NCBI RefSeq assembly: GCF_964204645.1
Contig: NC_134026.1
Location: 31,396,250-31,460,249, forward strand
Reading direction: 5' to 3'
Source of the DNA: Tubulanus polymorphus
Lineage: Eukaryota; Animalia; Nemertea
Length of the DNA stretch: 64,000 nucleotides
Both the position numbers and the translations under genes were made by a program. Positions 51,994 through 64,000 of the stretch are shown in pieces; position 1 is the first letter of the stretch, and the number at the start of each line of letters is the position of its first letter. The notes beneath the pieces were generated by a model, which was not told the DNA's origin, did no database searches, and was given only the letters and a program-made list of their open reading frames with translations.

Positions 51994-52563
51994 ACTGGGA
52001 CTGAACTCGTCTCAGGCACTGGGAATCATGAACTCGTTTCAGGCACTGGGACTGAACTCGCCTCAGGCACTGGGACTGAACTCGTCTCAGGCACTGGGAC
52101 TGAACTCGTCTCAGGCACTGGGACTGAACTCGTCTCGGACACTGGGACTGAACTCGTCTCAGGCACTGGGAGTGTACTCGTCTCAGGCACTGGGACTGAA
52201 CTCGTCTCAGGCACTGGGACTGAACTCGTCTCAGGCACTGGGAGTGTACCCGTCGCAGGCACTGGGACTGAACTCGTCTCGGACACTGGGACTGAACTCG
52301 TCTCGGACACTGGGACTGAACTCGTCTCAGGCACTGGGAGTGTACTCGTCTCGGGCACTGGGACTGAACTCGTCTCGGGCACCTGGACTGAACTCGTCTC
52401 GGACACTGGGAGTGTACTCGTTTCAGGCACTGGGACTGAACTCGTCTCAGGCACTGGGACTGAACTCGTCTCGGACACTGGGACTGAACTCGTCTCAGGC
52501 ACTGGGACTGAACTCGTCTCGGGCACTGGGACTGAACTCGTCTCGGGCACTGGGACTGAACTC
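51994..52563. repeat. 24-bp minisatellite (CACTGGGACTGAACTCGTCTCAGG)n
   Basis: About 23 copies. They explain the ORFs on both strands here. Confidence 0.95.
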
Positions 52564-52608
52564 ACTGACCGTACTGATGCTGAATAGAAGATGTACAGGG
52601 GTGTCTCG

Positions 52609-52786
52609 ACCGTGCGGTGCTGCCGCTATGCTCATCGTTAGCGGGATTTCCATACACTAACTGAAGTCAACTCTGGCAACCAACGTGCTCTCCAGTTTTA
52701 CTCCGTAACCCTTGCTTGCCAGAGTTGACTAACGTTAGTGTATGAAAATCCCGCTACCGATGAGCGTAGAGGCAGCACCGTACGGT
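52609..52786. mobile_element. Palindromic ~178-bp MITE, copy 1
   Basis: ~70-bp TIRs ACCGT(A/G)CGGTGCTGCCGCTATGCTCATCGTTAGCGGGATTT... Confidence 0.8.
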
Positions 52787-52950
52787 AAAATGTTGATATC
52801 TTAACAAAAGTAATCACTAAAAACTGATTCAGAGTTGCCCTGATGCTAAATAGAGGATGTACAGGGGTGTCCCGGGTTCGAACCCAGTAATTACTGATAC
52901 TGATTCAGAGTTGTCCTGATGCTGAATAGAGGTTGTACAGGGGTGTCCAT

Positions 52951-53128
52951 ACCGTACGGTGCTGCCGCTATGCTCATCGTTAGCGGGATTTCCATACACT
53001 AACTGAAGTCAACTCTGGCAACCGACGTGCTCTCCAGTTTTACTCCGTAACCCTTGCTTGCCAGAGTTGACTAACGTTAGTGTATGAAAATCCCGCTAAC
53101 AATGAGCAAAGCGGCAGCACCGTACGGT
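52951..53128. mobile_element. Palindromic ~178-bp MITE, copy 2 (TA-CCGTA...TACGG-TA, Tc1/mariner-like ends)
   Basis: Near-identical to 52609-52786 and shares its downstream flank, so the pair is a local duplication. Confidence 0.8.
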
Positions 53129-53707
53129 AAAATGTTGATATCTTAACAAAAGTACTATTCAGAGTGGTCCTGATGCTGAATAGAGGATGAACAGTGGTTT
53201 CCCGGGTTCGAACCCAGTAATTACTGATACTGATTCAGAGTGGTCCTGATGCTGAATAGAGGATGTATAGAGGTGTCCCGGGTTCGAACCTAGTAATTAC
53301 TGTTCGCCATCTATCGGAATTTTGCTGAACTGTCAAAATCATAGAATTGACAATAGCTAAGTTTTAGAATGAACCACGTATCGCATGCGCCATCTATCAG
53401 GATATAGGATTATTAAGCACAGTGTCCCGGGTTTGAATCCAGAATTGATGATGCTGAATAGAGGATGTACAGGCCAGGGGTGTCCCAGGTTCGAACCCAG
53501 TAATCATTCTCCTATTGTACCGGTCAGATCCGAATCCTTAATAATGCACTGGTCATTTCTGGAATCCTCAGAAAAAATATCTTAAGACATAATCAATTCA
53601 CAGTAACAAATATTGTACTATTTTTTATTGCACAAAAATGAATTATAAGATCGATTAACATGCATTATCATGATGTAATAATTAGCAGAAAGTTAAGACC
53701 AGTATTT

Positions 53708-53901
53708 AATTAATTCAGCTCTTTGTTATCCTCAATTAAGTTTAATTCAGCTCTTTGTTATCCTCAATTAAGTTTAATTCAGCTCTTTGTTATCCTCAAT
53801 TAAGTTTAATTCAGCTCTTTGTTATCCTCAATTAAGTTTAATTCAGCTCTTTGTTATCCTCAATTAAGTTTTATTCAGCTCTTTGTTATCCTCAATTAAG
53901 T
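53708..53901. repeat. 32-bp minisatellite, 6 copies
   Basis: (TTAATTCAGCTCTTTGTTATCCTCAATTAAGT)n. Confidence 0.9.
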
Positions 53902-55428
53902 ACAAATATCATTCCAATCAATTGTATGGCACATACTAACTGTAGCATCATTCATAAGCCTCAATTTACTGTTACAATTCTTAAAAATTTGATTACAAAC
54001 TTTTATCCATTTAATAACTTTTTTTTCATCATTTAGAATCAACAAAACAAAGGAAGACATATATTAATAAAAATAATGATATTCTATATCCCGAAGATAA
54101 AAACAGTCTACAATATGGCGCCGGGTTATATCGAAAAAATGGAATGTTTACAATCAAAATTGACGACGGAATTTATAGCACCGCTATACAATAGTTACAT
54201 AGCAACCATAACCATAGCAACCATTTATATGTATATATATATTTATTGCTATTAAGATGTGTATTATAAACACACAATAGGGGAGGGAAGGGGGAAGCTT
54301 ACGATTCAATTTGATGGCATAACATTGCATAGAATATGTAAAATATAATAAATTCAAAGTAAAAATCAATATTCTATACCGGTACACAATGATATATCAA
54401 TATTCTATACCGGTACACAATGATATATCAATATTCTATACCGGTACACAATGATATGTAAATATTCTTATATTGAACGATTAAATCGTTAAGATTGATT
54501 TATTAAACATTGGATTGAGATAAAGAGCAGCACAGATATATATATATATATATATATGTGTGACTGTCTGTCTGCGTAGCTGCTGCTGCTGCTGCTGCTG
54601 CTGCGTAGCTGCTGCTGCTGGCTTTATCTGATATTTCTCCATACATAATATAAATACTGAATATACATCCATCACAAACATCAATCTGCAGCCTGGACCC
54701 TGAACCTTATCAGTCTGAACCCTGAACCCCTCAGATTTAACCCCCTCAGACTGAATGATGAACCCTGCTCAGACTGAACCCCCTCAGACTGGATGGTGAA
54801 CCCTGCTCAATGCTTCACCGGAGATATTTCACATGGAAGGAATGCAGGATGCAGACCGGTATTCGCCGTAATAAACCCATTGACTACTGCATAGCAACAG
54901 TTACCATAGTGACACTAATACAAGAGAGATTGTTACAGAGTTCACAGTTAAATGCTACCTTCGATTAAATGACAGGTTTTTGAGTATACGTATATATAAA
55001 CCATCATCTCGACTAGTGAAGTGGCGCCACCTACAGCCGGACTAGTGAATCAGCAGATTTATACTATTTCGGGACGGTATCAAAGCTTCACGAATATGAC
55101 ATCAAAAATGGTGAAAATATGTAAACATTTTAACATATAGAGAGAAAGAAAGAGAGAGATTTCTAAGAGTTTACCTGAACCATACAATAGGCTAACCTTA
55201 CACTTACTGGCTTTATATTTATTTATGGTTTTACTAATTTTGATCTTTTACGTTGGTTTTTACATGTTTCAGACTTCAGTACAAATATCTTTAGTACCAA
55301 TATCTTCAGTACCAATATCTTCAGTACCAATATCTTCAGTACCAATATCTTTAGTACCAATATCTTCAGTACCAATATCTTCAGTACCAATATGTTCAGT
55401 ACCAATATCTTCAGTACCAATATCTTCA

Positions 55429-57753
55429 TTACGGACTTCCAGCTTTTTGCCTCAGTTTTCTACAAACAGAACAATTGTTCAAACTGAATCAGACGTAAGT
55501 GTAGAGGGAGGTGAGAGGTATAAGAGGTATAGAAGGTGTGAGAGGTATAGAGGTGAGAGGTATAGGAGGTATAGAGGGGGGTGTAGAGAGAGGTTGGAGA
55601 TATATGGGGAGGTGAGAGGTATAGAGGTGAGAGGTATAGAGGGAGGTGTAGAGAGAGGTTGGAGATATATGGGGAGGTATAATTACCTGATTTCTTCCTC
55701 TCTTAGTTTCTGTCGTTTTATTTCTAATTCAATCAATGACTCGGGAGATGTAGTAGTAGTAGTACTAGTAGTACCGGTAGTAGTACTACTCGGAGTAGTT
55801 GGAGCTGTTATAATCTCGGAGGAGGACGGCTGGAGTACTGGTTCTCCGATATGATCCTCCGACGTCGTACGAATTTTACCCTCTTTTTTTAAATCGAGTT
55901 CTCGTTTTCTTTCTCTCTCGATTTCCATCTGTAATCGACTGCTCGCTAGATTACGTAATCCGTCTGTTGTTTCCGTGGATACCTTCCTCACAGGAGCAGA
56001 CGGACGTGGTTTAATATTCACCTCTAATTTAACGGTTCTCGGAGGTAACGGAACCGATAAACCTCTCAACCTCCGATATTCGGCGTCGCGGGTTACAGAA
56101 ATACGACGTTCCTTCTCGACGGCGGTTTCGTGTTCCTCAACAGTCGAGTCGGTTAGATCGGACGGAGCAGTCGGAGCGATTGGAGTACTCGGAGCAGATA
56201 CCGCTCTTCCTCTTAAAGATACCTGAAATATAAAGCCTTATACGTCACACACCAGATGGCGCAACAATACACACACACAAAGTGTAAAACAGTTTATTAT
56301 AGATGAAATTTGAAGTGGATTTTTTGGGCGAGATTTCAATCACTGGAAAATTGAAGTGCAGTAACTGAGAAACCACTAGTGACATCTAGTGAATCCTCAC
56401 TTGCCGCAGTAACTGAGAAACCACTAGTGACATCTGGTGGATCCTCACTTGCCGCAGTAACTGAGAAACCACTAGTGACATCTGGTGGATCCTCACTTGC
56501 CGCAGTAACTGAGAAACCACTAGTGACATCTGGTGGATCCTCACTTGCCGCAGTAACTGAGAAACCACCAGTGACATCTAGTGAATCCTCACTTGCCACA
56601 GTAACTGAGAAACCACCAGTGACATCTAGTGAATCCTCACTTGCCGCAGTAACTAAGAAACCACTAGTGACATCTGGTGGATCCTCACTTGCCGCAGTAA
56701 TTGGTTGAGTTCAGTGGTAGATACCTGATTCGGTGGGTTAGGTCGACTCCTCGGTGAGTCGAGGTTAGGTTGACTCCTAGGTGACTCCGAGTCAGGTTGA
56801 CTCCTAGGTGACTCCAGGTCTGACAGGTAATCGCTGTGTTTTATCACCGATGATTTTAATCCCATTGATTCACGTTCTGCTTGTAACTCACTTTCACGTA
56901 AATTCAATTCTTCAATTTCCTTTCGTATAATACTCTCAATAGATGGCGATGATTGCATCTCCGGGTAATTACGACTGGGTGGAGACTGCACACGACCACC
57001 AGATGGCGACGGTGTTTGGACCGGGTGATTCTGTGAACGTCCACCAGATGGCGACGGTGTTTGGACCGGGTGATTCTGTGAACGTCCACCAGATGGCGAC
57101 GGTGATTGGACGTGGTGATTCTGCGAGCGTACACTAGATGGCGGTGGTGAATGGATCCCGTTCGGACTATGCACCGCTGTATTACGATTAGGACTAATCG
57201 TTGGACTGATTTGACGGACTAACTCTCTCTGCCGAGTCGCCTCTAGTTCCCTCTCTTGTTGTAATTTGATTTCTAATTCTAGAACGCTCATGTTATTGTT
57301 GACGTGTAACCGTGGTGATGTAAGAAGCGTTTTCTCACGCTCGGTACGCAGCGCCATCTCTCTGCGTTGCTGTTCTCTAATCTCCCTCTGTACAATATTC
57401 TCACTTCCATTTCTCATATTTGAATCCGTTTCATCGGTCGCTACGGTGACTGCTGCTATTGTTGTAGATTCTACGTATTGTTGCCGCGGTAATCCATTGT
57501 TGCGTTGTTGCCCCGCTAATGAGGAATAATGTAATTGACTAGGGCCGTTTATTTTAAGCGGAGATGTTTTAGTAGCGGTCGACTGTTCGACTATAGACTG
57601 TAACATAAACTGCTCCCATTGTTTTTTTCGTAGTCCCAGGTCACCGATTGGTTGAGTGTCAACGTTCTCGTTTACATCTCTCGCCGGTTCTGATTGGTTG
57701 AATTTAACCGGCCGCTCCGATTGGTTGAATTTCTCATCGATGACGACATCCAT
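55429..57753 (-). CDS. AKAP2/MISP-like coiled-coil repeat protein, ~531 aa
   Basis: Exons 57753-56725, 56222-55687 and 55459-55429 have consistent phases. An upstream acceptor at 57772 with an in-frame stop before the ATG supports the start. Repeated motifs NIVQREIREQQRREMAL, SVLELEIKLQQERELE, SIIRKEIEELNLRESEL, SRLQMEIERERKRELDL and SLIELEIKRQKLREEEI resemble AKAP2/MISP repeats. The family call is by motif resemblance only. Confidence 0.7.
56358..56700. repeat. 48-bp intronic minisatellite, ~7 copies
   Basis: Unit GCAGTAACTGAGAAACCACTAGTGACATCTGGTGGATCCTCACTTGCC. Confidence 0.92.
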
Positions 57754-60148
57754 TTCTATGATTCAACAGTGCCTGAAAATATTGAAAAGAATTTTGTTAT
57801 TATAGTCAAAGAATGTAGATTCACTGTAACTCTGCGCCCATCCCGCCCGTCTGGCAGCATGAGACTAGTTTGTGTGAACCATAGCAACGTCTGATATTCA
57901 GACTAGGATAAGACCAGCAAAGTAAGATAAAGGGTTGAACTCAGGGTTTTCTAAGTAAATCTCGCCACCGTCCCAGCATGAGGAGGCTGAGTGAGGAGTG
58001 GGGGGAGGGATGGTGATAAAAGATGTCAGTTTTCCACCGTTTTAAGTCGCTGAAACGCGACACTTTTTTATCAAACTTGAAAATTAGTTAAATCGTCATA
58101 TGATCTTTGTTAAAATACAGTTAGAAATGGAGAAATATCGACATCGACAGTTGTTTAAATACCGTTTACAATCGTGAATCATTGATTCAGTCACCATTTT
58201 GTCAACAAACTACTTAATCAATAATAAATTACAAACGTGCAGACGAACCGACGATGAATCATAAAACATTTATTTTTCTGAATAACCTCAAAATATACTA
58301 TAAAATTGCGAATTTATACTTTCTTATCATTTTAATTCTAAATATCTCAAATCTGAAAAATATTTTGGAATTGTTTGATATAAATAGTTCGTTGTGTCAT
58401 GTATTGAAAGTTAGTGTTTTGTTTGTATAAAATGAAACCGCTGTCACTGGACTCAGTGAAGAAGCAAGATTAAAACAGCATCTTTTAATCCTAATCTTAT
58501 CAGGTAGGAACCGATTATCCTTATCACAATTATATTCATTTTATAATCACGATTATAACCGGTAGTATGATGGGTTTAACGGACCTAAAATGCAGCAATT
58601 AGTAGAAGCAATTCAGGCATCTTTTATTAGCAAGCAAGCAGCAGCATCCAGCCAGGGAATGTCGGGGATGATGGATGGAATGGATGGCTGGGTCGAGTCA
58701 TCCACCCAGATCATCTTGCGTTTTTTTTCAGGTCTAAGCGACATCTCCACCCACCCTGCATCTTACCCTCCTCACAAGCCCTCCTCAGGCCCAGGGAGCT
58801 CGCGTATCAGAGTAGTAGTACCCGGTATTGTATAAACGATAAAATCTCTTAATCCAGCGTTTTATTTTGTACACATCACTGTCTACCCCTAGTTAGTAAC
58901 CTGTCTGTGGTTTAGTTTCACCATCTGATATTTTTGGTATAAGCCTGTGTAGTCCGATTATAAAAGCTTACCACCAACGCTAAGGTAACTTACTAGGCCC
59001 TAATCTCCCCCTTCTCTCACCCTCCTCCCCTCCTCTCCCTGTCACTATCAGCAGTGAAGTGCCATGTTTGTGGTCCTACTTACAACTGATTACTGATTGG
59101 TTCTTTGATCTAGATCACATGACTGACTGGACAGAGGTCACATGATCTAGGCCTAATCACCAGTCCGTGACACAGTCAGTATGGTTCCCATTGTAATACA
59201 CCTAGTCTATAAGCCAATAGATAATCCTAACTGTATAGGTCTCATAGTTTAATATATAACTCTTTAAGTGAATGTATCTGGGTCTTGATTGAAAACAATT
59301 TTAATGAAATACTTAAACTTACCAGAGATAAATGTTTTCAATGCCTTTACAACATGAAACTGTTTCCACTGTATATGAATCAATATAAGTGTCACAGTAG
59401 ACATTGACTGATAGATGTAGAGAGGAATTTCAACTATGTATTAACAAAACCCTGTTTGAATTTGACTCCACTCAATATTAACTCTGTACACTATAGGCTA
59501 CTATATACACAGTCGGGCTGAAATCAGTTTGAATTTGTGTCTCAGATTAGATATTTCTAACTGTCGAGATTGAGATAGCAAGATTTCACTAAATTGTGAT
59601 ACAAAATCTGACATTTAGAAGAAAATGAGATCAAGATGCTTCCTTGAGCTATGAAGTAGTTTAACTCTTTGTTTCGACTTTATCCTGCTTCAAGAATACT
59701 AAAATCCATCTTCAGCAATACTAAATTATACTTCAAAGCTTCAGTCTCTCTCCCATTCCTCTCCTGCCCTTGCTCCCCTCTCCCCCTGCTCTCTCCCCAA
59801 AGTGGACAATATTTGCCCTCTCTCTTGCCCCCCTCCCTGTATTACTCAGTATTACTCATGATATTCTAAATATTGTCAAATCCCACATAAAGAATAAAAT
59901 GAGTCCAATGTTTTCAATAGTTTCAATGTATTCCTGAAGATAACTCAAGAGGAAATATTTCAGACTTGTTCTATTCCTACTGACAGTCACAGGCGACAAG
60001 CAGATATATACACTATTAGTTATAATTAATAGAATTAATGAGCTATCAATTAGAGGAGCTGTCAATCATTAATCAATAGAATACTGTATTTACTGACACA
60101 GCGAGCAGACACGTTGATAGCGGACTGGTTTCTGGACAATATCTCGAG

Positions 60149-61504
60149 ATGTTTGGTTATAGCGGTCGCGGAGGACGAGGTAGACACCTGACCAGTTACG
60201 AGGATATGATGGGTATAGGAGGTACGTATCCCGGCAGCAGCGGACGATATAAAACAATGAAATCATTGTCACCGTCGACGATGAGAAAACCACGACAACA
60301 AACAGCGCAAAAACAGTCGTCGTCGAAAACTAGCGGTAAAACTACAACAGCCACGACGCGGAGATCGGTGAAAAATAGCGATAATAAAACAAAGGGGATA
60401 AAAAAGGAGGATGAAAAGATTAAAAGGGAGGAAAATGAGAAGGATGAGAAGGTAAAGAAGGATGTTAAAGCGAAATTAAAACGTGCTCAAACTATTTGTT
60501 ACGATGATCGAATGCATTACGCCGATAGAGCTATGTTTCCTAATACGGTGAACAGACGTGTAATTCATTCAACTACTGATAGGGGGCAGCACGGTATATC
60601 CGATAGAGGGCAGCAGTGTAGGTTAACCAGCAGACGTCGTTCATTAAGTACAGATGGCGCTGCAGTTCCTATACACGGCAAATATCACGATTATTATTTG
60701 ATTGACGCGTCATTGGACCCGCCCACAACTAAACCTCGTACACCGCTGGATCCACCGATAACTAAACCTCATTCACAACATCTTATAACACGACAACAGT
60801 CACTTAGCAACAACCCAACAGAGGTTCCCGTTACAATGGATACGGGTTGTCGAGCCGGTCGACTGACTGCACGCAGACGCTCTCTCAGTTACGACAGTCC
60901 TCTATCGCCCCCTAGTGGCGAATCTATTCAACCAAGATTTGAAAGACAGCGAGCTGTGTCGCCGGAACTGGAGGTAATATTCCATAGCAACAACCAATCA
61001 GATCGGTATCATATCAACAGTCACTCGTTGCCTCGTACCGCGACGAGAACGAGGAGAGATCCTCGTGAGGAGCACAGACACCCTCGTGAGGAACAGAGGC
61101 TTCCTCGTGAGGCGCACAGACACTCTCATGAGGAGCTATCCGATGAAACTTTCAGAGATCAACTGAATAAATGGATCATCAATTCATTCGATCGATACAA
61201 TTTGATAAATCGTAACCATAACAACGAAGACAACAATACCGAACAAACTGATGTAACAGCGGCGGAAATATTAAAATTACATCTTTCCTCGAAACAGAGT
61301 GAAGAGAATGAGACGATTAAACAGCTTCACCTCGGAAACAGAGGTCGATCCCGAAATAAACAGACAGGGGGCGCTAGGAGTCGTAGTTTGAGTAATAATC
61401 GAACTGTGATCAGTCATAAACTAGGTAACCGATGTCGTAGTCTAGGTAAGTTACGTTTTAGCAACAATCAGTCTTCAGTCACCGTAGCGACAATCAATCT
61501 ATAG
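60149..61504 (+). CDS. 451-aa basic disordered ORF: a standalone gene or a large alternative first coding exon of dystrobrevin
   Basis: Long, non-repetitive open frame with several RRxS motifs and a strong phase-1 donor CTAG|GTAAGT after 61445. Confidence 0.7.
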   Translation: MFGYSGRGGRGRHLTSYEDMMGIGGTYPGSSGRYKTMKSLSPSTMRKPRQQTAQKQSSSKTSGKTTTATTRRSVKNSDNKTKGIKKEDEKIKREENEKDEKVKKDVKAKLKRAQTICYDDRMHYADRAMFPNTVNRRVIHSTTDRGQHGISDRGQQCRLTSRRRSLSTDGAAVPIHGKYHDYYLIDASLDPPTTKPRTPLDPPITKPHSQHLITRQQSLSNNPTEVPVTMDTGCRAGRLTARRRSLSYDSPLSPPSGESIQPRFERQRAVSPELEVIFHSNNQSDRYHINSHSLPRTATRTRRDPREEHRHPREEQRLPREAHRHSHEELSDETFRDQLNKWIINSFDRYNLINRNHNNEDNNTEQTDVTAAEILKLHLSSKQSEENETIKQLHLGNRGRSRNKQTGGARSRSLSNNRTVISHKLGNRCRSLGKLRFSNNQSSVTVATINL

Positions 61505-61894
61505 TCACCATAGCGACAATCAGTCTATAGCCACCATAGCGACAATCAGTATGTCACTGCCTATCTAACAACAAACAGTTTATGAAAGTTCTGTCTTACC
61601 GCTAGTAACACCTAGTAACTGATGCTGCTTCCTCATATCTATGAATTGAGTTATGAAATAAAAACCACTTTTAGACACTCACTGCTGTTACTGCTGCTGT
61701 TGCTGCTGTTGCTACTGCTGCTGCTGCTGCAGTGAATATAAATCAATAGAAACTCTTCATCTTTATTAAAATACTGCAGTTTGTTACATGTTTTATTAAT
61801 TACCTGAAGTCAATATCATTATCAGGCCAAACATATAGAAAAATGTGTTTATCAGCTTCATTTACTCACAGGAGATTGTGACTACTTTCACTCT

Positions 61895-62116
61895 TCCACA
61901 GTTGTGAGTTAGAGTTAACTCTGAGTTAAAGTTTGTTCATTTTCAGTGAGTTAACTCAGAGTTAAATCTTAACTCGGAACTGTGGAACTGGACCCTGGAT
62001 CCTGAGTTCACAGTTAACTCTAACTCACAACTGTGGAACTGGATCCTGAGTTCACAGTTAACTCTAACTCATAACTGTGGAACTGGATCCTGAGTTCACA
62101 GTTAACTCACAACTGT
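61895..62116. mobile_element. MITE (CCACAGTT...AACTGTGG hairpin) followed by tandem terminal fragments
   Basis: TTCCACAGTTGTGAGTTAGAGTTAACTCTGAGTTAA pairs with TTAACTCAGAGTTAAATCTTAACTCGGAACTGTGGAA. Same family as 9555-10151 and 15750-15900. Confidence 0.65.
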
Positions 62117-62756
62117 CGATCCTGGAGACTGTGACAACTTTCACTGAGAGACTGGAAAAACTAAGATAGTAATAATGAGGTGATTTAACAGGAGAAAGTG
62201 ATATTTTAAATTCATCAGATAAATGTACTAGAAAATACAGCAATGATTTCATTGGCCTGAAAACTGATCTCTGCCTTGAAATAACTGACTGTAGTTTATT
62301 GGAACATGAATCACGCATCACATCAACCATTACTGAAACAAATCAATCAATCAATATTTGATTGATTTCATCGATTGATTAATTGATTATTAAGGAGATG
62401 AGGATATAAACTGCCGATGAATATAATACAACTACTTCATTCAGAGTTTTTGAGATTGCGTCACATGTCGTAGTATCCACAGCAAAACGGCATCCAGAAC
62501 GTAACAGATGCACCTCGCAGCTGCAGCATCAGATCTTTCTGCAGCTGCATCATTAGATACATTGCAGCTACATGTTGCGATCGATTGGTCCTCTGTACAG
62601 TGTGTGTGTGTAGTGTGTATATATTATTATTGATGACTATTTTAATACACATAATTTATGTGTGCGTATGTCGGGAGTGTGTATTGTAACTGCTGTAGCT
62701 AAATGTAACTGGATGCTGGATACTGATGCTGCTGCTGTCTCATTGACAGGTTAGAT

Positions 62757-63525
62757 ATGATGGATGCTATTAGTTATCAGCAGAGGAATTTCGCCTCTGT
62801 TATTCACAGTATAAATAAAGAGTTGATTGAAAAAGGTAAAACATGTCGTAGTTTTTACTGTCGTGTGTTTGTTCTATTTTTAGTTACTGTTTTGCTATGT
62901 GTCAATAAATCCCCCTCCCCCAACCCGAACATCTGATCCCCTTATATAGACCCGCAGTTCTAACCCCCCAATACTTGGTGGTATGATCACTGTGGCTCTG
63001 ACAGTAACCCGGCACCACTCAGTGGTCATACTGTGTTGTAATTGGGCTCTTGTCATTACGATAAAAATGCATGAAGAAATAGTTCACATTCCAGGCTAAT
63101 TGCAAGATGTTGTTATTTATGAATTTTCTTCTGTTTTATTGTTTACAATCCATGCTTGTATTCTGTATTTTACCCTTGTATTCTGTACCCTGTATTCTGT
63201 ATTCTGTACCCTGTATTCTGTACCCTGTATTCTGTATTCTATACCCTGTATTACATTAATGCTCATTAGATGAAACCATTAAACTATAAAACTGCAATAA
63301 ACTGTAATTACATTCAACAAGGGAGAGACAGAGAGAGCCCCACTCGCCAGTGCTCACTCCCTACATCTCTCATCATCGCAATTCTGATATTTTATTTGAT
63401 AATTTAGGTCATGTTGGAGGAGTAGGAGCTGGAGGAGGAGGTGGAGGAGGTTTAGATCATAATCAGATGGATTACTCAATAGATACATCACCTCAATCTC
63501 ATCATCAGCATCATCATCAGCAGCA

Positions 63526-63589
<64 letters not shown>

Positions 63590-64000
63590 TCACAACAATA
63601 TCATCATCATCAGATGTCATCAAATATACCAGTAATAGAACATAAACAACTGATGACTGAAATGAGTAAGTATAACCCCCGGGGGGGGGGGGGGGGGGTT
63701 GGTAAGGGATGTATATCACAGGAAGGGGAGGAGGGGTGGAGGGGTGCGTTGGTGTAGTTTGATGGTGGATCCAAGCTGTACAGCTGTTGATTTTCTAGTA
63801 TTTCTGACTCAATCAACAAATCAGCAAAGCTTTAAATCCTCACAATGCAACAAACCCTCGGCCCTCTCCTACTCACCTTGTCTGGGATAAGCCCCTTTTC
63901 AAGATCTCTCACCCCCCAATACTGAAGTCTCGTGTAGAAATCTTTGCAGGTATTGTTAACAACAATCTCTTTCTCATTGATTCAGGGGCTCAGAACTTTG
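62757..64000 (+). CDS. DTNB: Dystrobrevin, 5' part; the gene continues beyond the window
   Basis: Exons 62757-62835 (candidate first coding exon), 63408-63665 and 63986 onward, all with phase-1 junctions. The spliced product EHKQLMTEM|RAQNF matches the dystrobrevin N-terminus as I recall it (DTNB EKRQLFIEMRAQNFD). Only ~14 diagnostic residues are visible, and an invertebrate gene would be co-orthologous to DTNA and DTNB. Confidence 0.72.

Larger units (their letters stand above)
51100..53510. repeat. Degenerate copies of the B-box ~70-bp satellite with embedded elements
   Basis: Repeated CTGATGCTGAATAGAGGATGTACAGGGGTGTCCCGGGTTCGAACCCAGTAATTACTG. Confidence 0.8.

Noticed and set aside
52026-52660. 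179-aa and 210-aa ORFs on opposite strands
   Set aside because: Both are translations of the 24-bp tandem repeat.
2884-53901. CRISPR-like arrays
   Set aside because: The arrays are head-to-tail repeats without unique spacers, there are no cas genes, and the context is eukaryotic.
55225-56708. Plus-strand ORFs (209, 83 and 109 aa)
   Set aside because: They are antisense to the AKAP2/MISP-like exons or derive from the 15-bp and 48-bp repeats.

Overview
This is eukaryotic (metazoan invertebrate, possibly lophotrochozoan; species not determinable here) genomic DNA with GT-AG spliced genes and very many intronic minisatellites. From left to right it contains: an RTE-LINE 3' remnant; a 4-exon riboflavin kinase gene (- strand) head-to-head with a ~13-exon Nuclear Factor I gene (+, ~2.6-18.7 kb); a ~29-kb AT-rich, repeat-rich block (~22.3-51.1 kb) that interrupts one B-box satellite family and holds an apparently intact 3-exon orphan gene, a TIR element and nested long-unit satellites; an AKAP2/MISP-like coiled-coil repeat gene (-); and the 5' end of a dystrobrevin gene (+). 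The most unusual signals are: (1) an intron+exon tandem array in NFI that builds five in-frame 45-nt exon candidates with de novo donors; (2) seven in-frame duplicated splice donors in NFI; (3) a candidate DNA-binding-domain-only NFI terminal exon; (4) a hammerhead ribozyme inside a fold-back element with a target-site duplication; (5) the orphan gene; and (6) a possible ~430-aa N-terminal exon for dystrobrevin. All exon models were made by eye and need RNA evidence.
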